Below are positions 9,971 through 19,403 of a stretch of DNA of 47,146 nucleotides, piece after piece. The first letter of the stretch is position 1. Each line of letters starts with the position of its first letter. The DNA lies in NCBI GenBank assembly GCA_000996355.1, contig LCAH01000005.1:1-47146 (forward strand), given 5' to 3'. Made by a program: the position numbers and the translations under genes. The DNA is from Candidatus Uhrbacteria bacterium GW2011_GWC2_41_11 (GTDB taxonomy: Bacteria; Patescibacteriota; Patescibacteriia; UBA9934; GWF2-40-263). Below the pieces are notes generated by a model. That model was not told the DNA's origin, made no database searches, and worked only from the letters and a program-made list of their open reading frames with translations.

Positions 9971-10696
9971 TTACCCAAACAGCGGAGCGGGGATGTCGGT
10001 CTGGGTGCCTGTTTCGGTCGGTGTCGCGGTCGTGACCTCCTCCTCTTCCGGTTCTTCCGGTCTGGTCAGATCTTCGACCTTGTAGGTCATCCGACCTTTT
10101 TCCTGGACCACGACCAAACTGCGCCTCCAGGGGTTCTTTTTCCCTGGCTTAGCTCCGACGAAGAGGACAATCGAGTCCAGACGGCGAACCTTGCCATCTT
10201 GTCCGGTCGTCTCATTGAGATAGACCGATCCATTGTTGAATCGGTAACCCATGAGAACTTCCTGGACAGCAGAAGGCATTGCCTCCGTAACAGGTGTCTC
10301 AGCTTCAGCAACCTCCGCAACAGGTCGCCGGCTGAACACCAGCACATTGACCGGCTTGCCTTGCCAATCATAGTACCAATGTCCGTCAGTATAAACATAA
10401 CTGGCCTCGAGAATGGCCAATATTGTCGGAGCCGGGAAAAGTTTCTCTTCGCGCTTGATGATCTCCACCCCGCGTTTCTGAGACACCTTTTCACCTTCCG
10501 ACGATTCGATCTGTCGGAGACCAGGGATGCTTCCGGTCAGATAAATCTGAACCAGAATCACTTCGGGCTCGGAGTATCGGCCCAAGAGCCCCTTCTTCTT
10601 CAGAGAGGTAGCTTCCTGTTTCTGAGGTGTGGCCTGACCGCTCTGGCCAGAAAACTTCTCTTGCAGACCCTTTACAAACTGAGAAAGCTCAGTCAT
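9971..10696 (-). CDS. Hypothetical protein
   Basis: 241-aa ORF with SD GAGG, its own promoter and terminator, and an acidic Thr/Pro-rich tail. Confidence 0.75.
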   Translation of the reverse strand: MTELSQFVKGLQEKFSGQSGQATPQKQEATSLKKKGLLGRYSEPEVILVQIYLTGSIPGLRQIESSEGEKVSQKRGVEIIKREEKLFPAPTILAILEASYVYTDGHWYYDWQGKPVNVLVFSRRPVAEVAEAETPVTEAMPSAVQEVLMGYRFNNGSVYLNETTGQDGKVRRLDSIVLFVGAKPGKKNPWRRSLVVVQEKGRMTYKVEDLTRPEEPEEEEVTTATPTETGTQTDIPAPLFG

Positions 10697-10760
10697 GAAA
10701 CCTCCTATTGCATTGTTTTTGGAGCCACATTCGACTCCCTGTGAACCAAAAAGAACCTAC

Positions 10761-10861
10761 CAGACAAAATCGTATCTAAACTGAATTTTTATATCTTTCA
10801 CTTTCTACGACTTCTACGTTTTGTACATCTTTTACATTCAATTCAAACACGATTCTGTCTG
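10761..10861 (-). other. 5' leader hairpin (26-bp stem) enclosing tandem 9-mer repeats
   Basis: 10836-10861 pairs with 10761-10786 without interruption on the - strand (5 G-U pairs). Confidence 0.7.
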
Positions 10862-10874
10862 TTTTACACTTATA

Positions 10875-10903
10875 AATATACCAGAAAATTAAACCTTTGT
10901 CAA
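10875..10903 (-). promoter_or_regulatory. sigma70 promoter TTGACA-17-TATATT
   Basis: Consensus hexamers with TG extension. Confidence 0.8.
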
Positions 10904-10918
10904 GAGTTTATAACAAAA

Positions 10919-10939
10919 ATCCACCTTTTTCAGGTGGAT
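10919..10939 (-). terminator. Intrinsic terminator
   Basis: atccacct/aggtggat stem, then a U-run on the - strand. Confidence 0.6.
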
Positions 10940-10949
10940 ACGTTGAATT

Positions 10950-11597
10950 TCAGTTCAAGAGTGTACCAGGTGAAATAGGTGGAAGCGGCTCCGTTTCTTG
11001 TTCAAAAAACAAATAACTCATGGCAATGGTTTGTGCAGGCATTCCACTTACACGAACCAATGGATGATCATTTTGTTTCGGAACAAACAGGCGATTTTCA
11101 ATGATTTCTTCATACAAAATCCTTTCACGAGGATCAAAAAGATTTTGACACTCTTCAAACACTTCCAGACCCTGATCTTTATTATGAAACACATAAAGAC
11201 CAAAATCTTCCTTTTTTCGCTTCACAACAAATAATGCATGAGAATCCGTTCCATCCTCAAAGATAAGGAACGATACAACCCCTGACGCAACAAAGTTTTG
11301 AATAGGCACGGGTTGTTTCTCTGCAATAGCAAAAAAATACTTTTGAAGCCAAAGACAGCATATTTGAGCTGCTGCCTGTTTTATTTCTATAACCTTTTGT
11401 TCAGAAGTCTTTGGAATGTTCTTTTCAACAAAAACATCGTAGATGAACTCAAGAGACGAAAATGATATTCCAAATTTCTTGAAAATATCCTCGGCTTGTT
11501 CAAAGGAATACAGAATAAAAAGAGAGATCTGTGTCTCATTTCTTATTCCAAGAATGACTTGACTTCCTTGAACCAGCATCACTTCGATTTTAACCAT
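10950..11597 (-). CDS. Hypothetical protein, possibly internally duplicated
   Basis: Start reset to MVKIEV (SD GGAGG). The halves resemble each other (LFILYSFEQAEDIF / LYVFHNKDQGLEVF). Confidence 0.7.
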   Translation of the reverse strand: MVKIEVMLVQGSQVILGIRNETQISLFILYSFEQAEDIFKKFGISFSSLEFIYDVFVEKNIPKTSEQKVIEIKQAAAQICCLWLQKYFFAIAEKQPVPIQNFVASGVVSFLIFEDGTDSHALFVVKRKKEDFGLYVFHNKDQGLEVFEECQNLFDPRERILYEEIIENRLFVPKQNDHPLVRVSGMPAQTIAMSYLFFEQETEPLPPISPGTLLN

Positions 11598-11662
11598 GAT
11601 ATGCCTCCAAAAAAGAGGTTGAAAAAGACCTGAATAGGTTTTATCCTTTTCTCTAAAAAAGG

Positions 11663-12166
11663 TCAACGGCGGTATAAGAACAGGTCGCATTTCCCTTCTT
11701 TGTGATCCACTATGGTTGGTTCCCATTCAGGAATGGGCCAAACATAGGAAATAACTCGAGCTCCAGGCTTTAATTCAGCTTCAAATTTTGCCCGAATTCT
11801 TTGATAGGCTTCAGGCATGAGAAACAAATAGACAATATCTGCATCGCGCAAATGAACATGAAATAAATTCGCGAGCTTGATTTGTGTATTTGTTTTGCTT
11901 AATTTTGCACGTAAAAAAGCAACTCCTGCTTGAAGCAAAGACAATTCAACTCCAATCCCTTTTACTCCATATCGCTTTGCTGCAGCGACAACCACACGAC
12001 CATCTCCACACCCAAGCTCATATAATTTTTCTCCAGGTTTTGGTTGAGCGAGCTGAAGCAAACGATCAATGTCCCATCGACGCGTTGGCACCCACGGAGC
12101 TGCAGACAGTGCCGCATAGGCGGCAGAAAAAGTGAGAATCAAAAAAAGAAAAAAAATCCATGACAT
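11663..12166 (-). CDS. Membrane-anchored class I SAM-dependent methyltransferase (FAM173-like)
   Basis: N-terminal TM, APWVPT, ELGCGDGR, LKPGARVIS. Confidence 0.88.
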   Translation of the reverse strand: MSWIFFLFLILTFSAAYAALSAAPWVPTRRWDIDRLLQLAQPKPGEKLYELGCGDGRVVVAAAKRYGVKGIGVELSLLQAGVAFLRAKLSKTNTQIKLANLFHVHLRDADIVYLFLMPEAYQRIRAKFEAELKPGARVISYVWPIPEWEPTIVDHKEGKCDLFLYRR

Positions 12167-12236
12167 ATCTCGGACATCATACCTGTCTCAACAATGGTTG
12201 TACATTGAGTAAATATCTTTTATACTCTCAATGCTT

Positions 12237-12312
<76 letters not shown>

Positions 12313-12388
12313 TTCGACTCGGTTTGTCTTATTACAAAACAAACCTCGCTCATGGTCTGTGACCAACACATCGAATCAAAATAGATTA

Positions 12389-12433
12389 AAAATCGCTTTA
12401 TGAGATTTGAAAATCGTAAAGCGATTTTTGTTT
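12389..12433 (+). terminator. Probable terminator after the tRNA
   Basis: aaaatcgcttta/taaagcgatttt stem followed by T-runs. Confidence 0.6.
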
Positions 12434-12456
12434 TTAAAACAAAATGTTACAAATAT

Positions 12457-12485
12457 TTGACAAATTATAAAAAAAATAATACTAT
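12457..12485 (+). promoter_or_regulatory. sigma70 promoter TTGACA-17-TACTAT
   Basis: Consensus spacing upstream of ATG 12532. Confidence 0.7.
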
Positions 12486-12531
12486 TTTACCCAGTTCGTT
12501 GAAATTTCTGACCACTGAACTAGGAGAAGAA

Positions 12532-13374
12532 ATGTTTGTATTATCAGTAAAAAAATTGAGTGGTAAGGTCGTTGTATCCGGCAACGCGACAATCTCTGTC
12601 AAAGAAACAAAAGATGGAAAGGTATACTTCTGCGAAGAACCTTTTGCCATCATTGATTTCGATCAAACGACCGGAGATGCAATGATCCTTGCCCAAGGGG
12701 TCCGTCAAGGACCGGACGTGATTGACCAGGCGATAGGTCTTCTACGCCAACACGGCATTAAGGTCAACTTTGAAAAGCCGACCGAAATTGCACGTGTCTA
12801 TCGTCACGGCATCCGAGAAGGAAACCGACCTTGGGATATCCTCAACTGGCTTGTCCAGATCGGGTGTATTCTCCACGACGTCCGACTCTCTCCCGGATTT
12901 GGAGTCCCAAGAAAATTCGGAGACGGGCAATACACCTTCGATTTCTGCCTCGATCTTGCCGGAGGGAATTCGGAAGAGTATGGGATGCTCGACCTGAGCG
13001 ATTGGGGAAATGTATATCTCACTCCCGATGGTCCTTTCGTCTGGGAAGGAAGGAACCAAAGAGTGGGATATAATGATAGTTGGGACGATAATTGGGAGCG
13101 AGGAATGTTCGTTTCGACTTCCGCTCTTTTCCATTACCAAACGGAAGATGACAAGTTCGGGGCTAATCCGAGAAACGAGGAGGAACGGGTGATCCGTTAT
13201 CTCCATGGATTTCTCCTTCAACCGTCCTATCAGGATGATTCCGTCCAGACCGAATCGAACGAACAGGATGACCGGTTCGAGACGGACGGAGGTGAATGGA
13301 AGGAAAATGAAAAAGTCGAGGGGTCATATGACGAGTCTGATGACCTTCCTCGATTTACTCCGATGGGACGATGA
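12532..13374 (+). CDS. Hypothetical acidic protein
   Basis: Start reset to MFVLSV (SD AGGAG, downstream of the promoter). Terminator hairpin at about 13382-13413. Confidence 0.75.
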   Translation: MFVLSVKKLSGKVVVSGNATISVKETKDGKVYFCEEPFAIIDFDQTTGDAMILAQGVRQGPDVIDQAIGLLRQHGIKVNFEKPTEIARVYRHGIREGNRPWDILNWLVQIGCILHDVRLSPGFGVPRKFGDGQYTFDFCLDLAGGNSEEYGMLDLSDWGNVYLTPDGPFVWEGRNQRVGYNDSWDDNWERGMFVSTSALFHYQTEDDKFGANPRNEEERVIRYLHGFLLQPSYQDDSVQTESNEQDDRFETDGGEWKENEKVEGSYDESDDLPRFTPMGR

Positions 13375-13423
13375 AATTATCCGGATCCTTGTGCAACGCA
13401 TGCACAGGATCCGATTTTTGTTT

Positions 13424-14002
13424 TTACCAATCCAACCCTTCGCGGGCATTTATTCCCGCGTAAAAATAATGCTTGACCATACGCACATCTGTAATGAGAT
13501 GAGCACGATCAAGAAACGCTTCGGGCGCATGGCGACCTGTAAGAATAATTTCAATGTGTTCTGGTTTGTGATCCAAAAGTGCGCACACATCTTCTATGGA
13601 AATCATGCCAAGATGTGCGGTTGAATTTATTTCATCCAGAATCACAAGATCATGCAGACCATCATGCAAAAAACTTTGAGTCTGCTCTAACCCCTTTTTT
13701 GCCTCGTCTTGATCTTCTTGTGTAAGAGAAAAATCAAAACGACCTGTATGGGGATCAATACGATCGCGACCAGTGGCAACAAAATCAATAGATCCACTGA
13801 AACACTCCTTCAACGTCTTGCGCTCTGAATAATGGGAACCGCCTTTATCAAAATAAACAATAGCGACACGTTTCCCTGCCCCAACAGCACGAACAGCTTC
13901 TCCAAGCGCAGCCGTTGTTTTTCCTTTTCCATCACCGGTGAAAATTTGGATGAGACCGTTTGTGGGAGGTATAGGATTAACTACACCCAGAGGTTGAACC
14001 AC
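13424..14002 (-). CDS. btuR: Cob(I)alamin adenosyltransferase (CobA/CobO/BtuR family)
   Basis: GLIQIFTGDGKGKTTAALG, DLVILDEI, ILTGR, KHYFYAGINAREGLDW. Confidence 0.93.
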   Translation of the reverse strand: MVQPLGVVNPIPPTNGLIQIFTGDGKGKTTAALGEAVRAVGAGKRVAIVYFDKGGSHYSERKTLKECFSGSIDFVATGRDRIDPHTGRFDFSLTQEDQDEAKKGLEQTQSFLHDGLHDLVILDEINSTAHLGMISIEDVCALLDHKPEHIEIILTGRHAPEAFLDRAHLITDVRMVKHYFYAGINAREGLDW

Positions 14003-17000
14003 AATTCAAACACTTATAACACGCCGCATTGCGAACCATAATGGATCCGCAAAGGGTGCAAGCCGGAGCATCGGCTTGGTTATCAAATGTCGCTGTATGT
14101 GTTGCGGCAGCTGGAGCGGGTTGATTTGACGCAAATAAACTGGTTTGTGAAACAGATGTTGTTGACGGCGCTTCAGCCGCGGATTCGCTTTCAACTGTTG
14201 GAGTCGAAACAATCAATACTTCTTGTGTTTCATCTAATCCGTTTACTCCAACAATTCGTTGCTCTTCCGGAGTCAAAAACTTTAATGCAATCCATCGGAA
14301 AATATAGTCCACGATGGATTTCGCAATACGAATATGCGGATTGTTTGTATATCCGGAAGGTTCAAAACGGACATGCACGAATTTATTCACCAATACTCGA
14401 AGAGGAACACCATATTGAAGTCCAATCGAAACAGCCGTTGAAAAACTATCCATGAGACCACTCATCACAGTTCCACTCTTTGCCATGCGTACAAATAGTT
14501 CTCCGGGAGTCCCGTCATCATATAAACCAACCGTCAAATATCCTTCATGTCCTCCAACCGCAAACTTATGCGTAATAGATCGGCGTTCATCTGCTAATCG
14601 ACGACGTAATGGTTTGGTTGTTGTTTCCCTGCCATCTCCAACAATTTCCACTTTTTCTTTTTTTCCTTCTTCTTTTTTGGATTGGTCTTTTTCACGAGAA
14701 GTTGTAAGAGCTTGTTGACGTTTCGAGCCATCACGATACACAGCAATAGCTTTGAGACCTAATTTCCAGCCTTCCATAAACACATTGGCAATATCCGCCG
14801 GGGTTGCTTCATTTGGCATGTTGACTGTTTTGGAAATCGCTCCAGAAATAAACGGCTGAACCGCTGCCATCATACGCAAATGACCCATGTAATGAATTGA
14901 GCGTGTCCCATTTGTTGCTTTAAATGCACAATCAAAAATTCCAAGATGTTCTTCACGAATATATGGAGCTCCTTCAATGGTGTCTTTTTCATCAATAAAA
15001 TGAAGGATATCTTTTTGTTCCTGATCAGAATATCCGAGGCGCTGCAATGCCTCTGGAATCGTCTGATTCACTATTTTCATCATGCCACCACCCACAAGCC
15101 ACTTGTATTTTACCAGAGCAATATCAGGCTCGATACCGGTCGTATCGCAATCCATAAAAAAGGCAATGGTTCCGGTCGGAGCCAAAACCGAAATTTGCGC
15201 ATTACGCAATCCGGAACGCATAGTGGCATCTACGACATTATTCCATGCAGTGCGCGCTTCGGATAAAAGATCTGTAGGCACACCTTTTGCTGGAATTTGA
15301 AATGTGGCCTGACGATGCATGCGCATCACATTTGTACATGGTTCGACATTTTGTCTGAACCCTACAAATGGTTCCATTTTTTCAGCAATCCGTGCAGACT
15401 GTTCATAACAAATACCACTTTGTAAGGAGCTCATCGCAGCTGCAAGATTTCGACCTTCATCAGAATCATATGCAAGTCCACGACTCATAAGGAGTGCTCC
15501 AAGATTTGCATATCCAATACCGAGTGGTCGATAATCAAGACTATTTTGTTCAATGGCTGGGGTTGGATAACTCGAATGGCCCACGATAATATCCATGGCT
15601 GTGATAATGATCTGGTTGGCTTTTTTGAATGCTTCTGTATCAAATTCCATAACACCATTCACTTCTTTTCTAAATTTCATCAGGTTCAAGGAAGCAAGAT
15701 TACAAGCACTGTCATCTAAAAACATGTATTCACTGCATGGATTTGATGCATTGATACGATCCGTATTTTTACAAGTGTGCCATCGATTGATGGTTGTATC
15801 GTACTGGATCCCAGGATCTCCACACTGCCAGGTCGCTTGAGCCATCTTATTTATAAGATCACGAGCTGAATAAGAAACACTCGCATTTCCTGTTTTTACT
15901 TCTCGTGTCACCCATTCTTTTCCATCCACGACCGCTTGCATGAAATCATCTGTTACACGAACAGAATTGTTTGCATTTTGAAAATAAATTGAAGCATATG
16001 CCGGACCATCAATCGACCCATCATATCCTTGATCCATAAGCGCCCAGGCCTTTTTTTCTTCCTCAGCTTTACAGGTAATAAAATCTTCAATATCAGGATG
16101 ATCAACATTCAAAATCACCATTTTTGCCGCACGTCGAGTTTTTCCTCCGCTTTTGATCACACCCGCAAACGCATCCAACCCTTTCATAAACGAAACAGGT
16201 CCGGATGCCCGACCGTTGGAACCGGCAAGGTATTCTCTCGATGAACGCAAATTCGAAAGATTAGATCCTGTTCCTGATCCGCCTTTAAACAACATGCCTT
16301 CTGTCACCGCAAGATTCAAAATAGAACGCATGTCATCCTGAACAGAATTAATAAAACAGGCAGAACATTGCGGCTCAAGATTCACTCCGACATTAAACCA
16401 AACAGGCGAATTAAAAGCTGCCATTTGGTTTACAAGAATATAAGTCAATTCCGCTTCAAAAATATCCGCATCTTCAACTGTTTGAAAATAGCCACTCAGA
16501 CGCCCCCAATTCGCCATGGTAAGAGCCACGCGATCAATTAACTGCTTAATGGAATTTTCTCGATCCGGTTTTCCAATCTGACCGCGAAAATATTTAGATA
16601 CGACAATATTTGTGGCTGTCTGTGACCACGAAATTGGAACTTCAACGCCAAGTTGTTCAAAAACAACTTTCCCTTTTTCATTTGTAATACGTGCATCACG
16701 ACGCTCCCAGGCCATCAGTTCATATGGATGAACACCTCGTTTGGTAAAAAATCGTTCAACAGTAATTCCTTGTCCATATTGGGGCTCTGAATTCCGTTCA
16801 GTAGAAATCTGTGTGCGATATGCCATGTATTTTTTTGCTACGTGCACTAAATTATGATCAATGAGTGTAAGATTCACTATTTCTCGAATATCATTAGTGG
16901 ACGGAACTGTGTGACCATCAAACGATTTTTGAATACGCGATACAACCTGAGTCAACACTTTTTGAAGAAGACGTTCATTATCCAAACCTGCAGCAGAAAA

Positions 17001-17168
17001 AATCTTGGCAAGAGATCGACGTAATTTTTCCGGCTGAAACGTTTCAGAAATTCCATCACGTTTTTCAACGGCTCTTACGGATGTCATATAATTCCAGACA
17101 GAATCCCCGATTCCAACCGTAGAAACAGGACGAATTTTTTCTTCAAAACGAGAAACGGAATCCGACAT
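13977..17168 (-). CDS. nrdJ: Class II (adenosylcobalamin-dependent) ribonucleotide reductase with ATP cone, TSCPD-like domain and C-terminal Zn ribbon
   Basis: VEKRDG ATP cone, FNSPVWFN, QCSACFI, GGKTRRAA, NPCSE, APTGT, ISKTVN, CxxC...CxxC...GCS. Confidence 0.96.
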   Translation of the reverse strand: MSDSVSRFEEKIRPVSTVGIGDSVWNYMTSVRAVEKRDGISETFQPEKLRRSLAKIFSAAGLDNERLLQKVLTQVVSRIQKSFDGHTVPSTNDIREIVNLTLIDHNLVHVAKKYMAYRTQISTERNSEPQYGQGITVERFFTKRGVHPYELMAWERRDARITNEKGKVVFEQLGVEVPISWSQTATNIVVSKYFRGQIGKPDRENSIKQLIDRVALTMANWGRLSGYFQTVEDADIFEAELTYILVNQMAAFNSPVWFNVGVNLEPQCSACFINSVQDDMRSILNLAVTEGMLFKGGSGTGSNLSNLRSSREYLAGSNGRASGPVSFMKGLDAFAGVIKSGGKTRRAAKMVILNVDHPDIEDFITCKAEEEKKAWALMDQGYDGSIDGPAYASIYFQNANNSVRVTDDFMQAVVDGKEWVTREVKTGNASVSYSARDLINKMAQATWQCGDPGIQYDTTINRWHTCKNTDRINASNPCSEYMFLDDSACNLASLNLMKFRKEVNGVMEFDTEAFKKANQIIITAMDIIVGHSSYPTPAIEQNSLDYRPLGIGYANLGALLMSRGLAYDSDEGRNLAAAMSSLQSGICYEQSARIAEKMEPFVGFRQNVEPCTNVMRMHRQATFQIPAKGVPTDLLSEARTAWNNVVDATMRSGLRNAQISVLAPTGTIAFFMDCDTTGIEPDIALVKYKWLVGGGMMKIVNQTIPEALQRLGYSDQEQKDILHFIDEKDTIEGAPYIREEHLGIFDCAFKATNGTRSIHYMGHLRMMAAVQPFISGAISKTVNMPNEATPADIANVFMEGWKLGLKAIAVYRDGSKRQQALTTSREKDQSKKEEGKKEKVEIVGDGRETTTKPLRRRLADERRSITHKFAVGGHEGYLTVGLYDDGTPGELFVRMAKSGTVMSGLMDSFSTAVSIGLQYGVPLRVLVNKFVHVRFEPSGYTNNPHIRIAKSIVDYIFRWIALKFLTPEEQRIVGVNGLDETQEVLIVSTPTVESESAAEAPSTTSVSQTSLFASNQPAPAAATHTATFDNQADAPACTLCGSIMVRNAACYKCLNCGSTSGCS

Positions 17169-17209
17169 AAAAAATCACAAAATGAGAATGAAACGTCTTT
17201 TTCACAACA

Positions 17210-17263
17210 ACACAAGATGTTGTGGTACTTTATTAGTTTACGCCCCAATATCTTGTGCGTCAA
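17210..17263 (-). promoter_or_regulatory. nrdJ promoter (TTGACG-17-TAAACT) with two NrdR boxes
   Basis: acacaagatgttgtgg (17210-17225) and ccccaatatcttgtgc (17243-17258) fit the acaCwAtATaTwGtg consensus. Confidence 0.8.
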
Positions 17264-17371
17264 AGATTTCGTTATCCACAAAAACGTTCAAATTCCGACG
17301 CTCATTTTTTGCTGGTTCAAGGCTGTTTTTCCCTCCATGTCCATTGTTAAAAATGTCCCATGTTCTTTTCC

Positions 17372-17947
17372 TTAAAATGGCATGGTGAAATTGATTGATT
17401 GTGTTTGGACCATTGGCTCAAAATGAACCGGAATTGCCTTGCGTTCCCCAAATCGATCTTTATATGCAAGGGCTTCATATTTTAGACCGTATTCATACAC
17501 CGCTTTTGTCACTCGTACATCATCAAGACAGTAATTTTTAATTTTTTCCACTTCTCCTTGCTTCCACCATTCAACTGCCTGAAGTCCATGACCGGATTTC
17601 CCATATCCAATGGTTGCCGCTGCCACATCATCCAATTTCAGACGAAACCCGAGAACTTGATGAATCACTTCCAAAATATCCAAACAAGGAAATTTCAAAA
17701 AATCACCGGCATAATAATGATTCATGACTGGAAAATCAAACCCCTTGATGTTGTATCCTATAATACGACCCGAACGTTCCAATCGTTGCCAAAGAAGAGG
17801 AAGTTCTTTCTCTTCATACGCCACAAATTCATCTGTTTCATAAAAATAGACCCCAACAACAGAAATACGCAGTTTGTCATGATCATATCCACCAACCTCT
17901 TCAAACGTATTTTGAGTTTCAATGTCGAGAACAACTTCATTGGACAT
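17372..17947 (-). CDS. YprB-like RNase H / DEDD 3'-5' exonuclease-fold protein
   Basis: LDIET, GYNIKGFD, YCLDDV. Confidence 0.85.
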   Translation of the reverse strand: MSNEVVLDIETQNTFEEVGGYDHDKLRISVVGVYFYETDEFVAYEEKELPLLWQRLERSGRIIGYNIKGFDFPVMNHYYAGDFLKFPCLDILEVIHQVLGFRLKLDDVAAATIGYGKSGHGLQAVEWWKQGEVEKIKNYCLDDVRVTKAVYEYGLKYEALAYKDRFGERKAIPVHFEPMVQTQSINFTMPF

Positions 17948-18102
17948 AAAGAAAACAAAAAAATCAAAATAAAAACGGTTCTAGAGTAGCAAATATTCGT
18001 GTATTTGAACAATAAGAAAATCATTGACAAAAATACTCAAACACATACAGTACAGAGCACAATCTTGCTCTTCACAATTTCCCCATTTTAGGAGATTTTC
18101 TC

Positions 18103-18774
18103 ATGTCAAGACACCTCATTTTTGCCAGAGATCTTGTCAGTATCACTCCACTTCTTATTGCGATCAAACAGCAAGATGTTCAAACAGTAGACGAATTGAT
18201 CCGGGTCATGAACGCGGCAGCCAATGCATATCCTGTTCAAAAAAGAGAAGCATGGAAAACACTGCTTCATTGGGAACAGACATCAAATGGACAGCTCGAC
18301 TATTCATTTGACACACGTCCTCTTGCACAGGATCCGGACGGAATTGTTTTTCATTTAGTTGTCACGAGTGATCGAACGATCGTTGAACTCATTTCCAACA
18401 TTCTTGGAAAAGACCGGGTTCATTTCACTCTCCTTATGAATCGCAATGGAGATATCCGGACCGATATGAAAAAAAACATTCAACAAAGCCTTACGCCTGA
18501 AATCTTGTTTCATTATCTGGCTTTTGTTGATGGTTTCATTGCAGAAAAAATCAATGGAGGGATGAGAACGATTTGTGAACATGCAGCAAATGCAACCGTT
18601 GCTGCTGTTCTTGCAAGCGCCGCGCATAAACATGCGCAGGAAAACCTCGCAACTCTACAGAAATTTAAACATGGTCAAAAATCTTCTTCCAAGTTTACAG
18701 CAGCGCTTGAACAAGCTACAGAGAACCTGAAACAAGCTCATGCCTTGATAGAACGTTTTCCATTTCCTCTCTAA
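18103..18774 (+). CDS. Hypothetical protein
   Basis: SD AGGAG, TTGACA-16-TACAGT at 18024-18051, terminator 18784-18806. Confidence 0.75.
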   Translation: MSRHLIFARDLVSITPLLIAIKQQDVQTVDELIRVMNAAANAYPVQKREAWKTLLHWEQTSNGQLDYSFDTRPLAQDPDGIVFHLVVTSDRTIVELISNILGKDRVHFTLLMNRNGDIRTDMKKNIQQSLTPEILFHYLAFVDGFIAEKINGGMRTICEHAANATVAAVLASAAHKHAQENLATLQKFKHGQKSSSKFTAALEQATENLKQAHALIERFPFPL

Positions 18775-18783
18775 TGTCACTTA

Positions 18784-18810
18784 CGTTCAGTATTTTACTG
18801 AACGTTTTTT
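18784..18810 (+). terminator. Intrinsic terminator
   Basis: acgttcagta/tactgaacgt stem plus T-run. Confidence 0.7.
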
Positions 18811-18823
18811 ATATTTTTTAAAT

Positions 18824-19378
18824 CTATTTTGCTTCAGGAATACGATAAAAATAAATCATTTCTGAACCAACATGTTCAGAATGTACTAAGGGCAAATGTG
18901 GATAACGAAATGTTCGACTCACAATGCGCGTTCCTGGAGGATACATGGCAATAAATTTTGGTTCGAGCTTTGCTTGCACTTGTGGAAACAAATAACACGC
19001 AATGACATCCACATGAGGAGGCAATGGTTTTTTGAAAAAATCTCCGCAATGAATTTCCATACGCGAGGACACCCCTGCCAAACGAGCACGCAATCGAGCC
19101 ATCCAACAAAGAACAGGGTGCATCTCATATCCAATGCCTTTTGCTCCAAATTCTTTTACAGCCGTCAGCAAAAGCGATCCGTCTCCGCATCCCAAATCCA
19201 TGACAATTTCCCCTGGCTTCAAGGCAACCATTTCATACATTCGACGACCAATTTTTGATCGTGTGGGAACCCAAGGAACACCAATCAAAGCAAAAATCAA
19301 AAAACTTAAAACAAGAAGAATAACAGCCAAAAAAATGAGTTGAACAAAAATAAGAAGTGCAAGAAAAAGTGTTGTCAT
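18824..19378 (-). CDS. Membrane-anchored SAM-dependent methyltransferase (paralog of 11663-12166)
   Basis: TM, VPWVPT, DLGCGDG, PGTRIVS. Start reset to MTTLF. Confidence 0.85.
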   Translation of the reverse strand: MTTLFLALLIFVQLIFLAVILLVLSFLIFALIGVPWVPTRSKIGRRMYEMVALKPGEIVMDLGCGDGSLLLTAVKEFGAKGIGYEMHPVLCWMARLRARLAGVSSRMEIHCGDFFKKPLPPHVDVIACYLFPQVQAKLEPKFIAMYPPGTRIVSRTFRYPHLPLVHSEHVGSEMIYFYRIPEAK

Positions 19379-19403
19379 AAAATAGATGCTGCGTATCAGA
19401 TGT

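Noticed and set aside
9851-10744. 297-aa antisense ORF
   Set aside because: Shadow of the - strand gene, which has the promoter, SD and terminator
9722-10836. 9-mer tracts as a CRISPR array
   Set aside because: No spacers, units too short, no cas genes in the window
13977-17168. Intein or intron in nrdJ
   Set aside because: Catalytic motifs are contiguous, and the length is explained by the ATP cone and C-terminal domains
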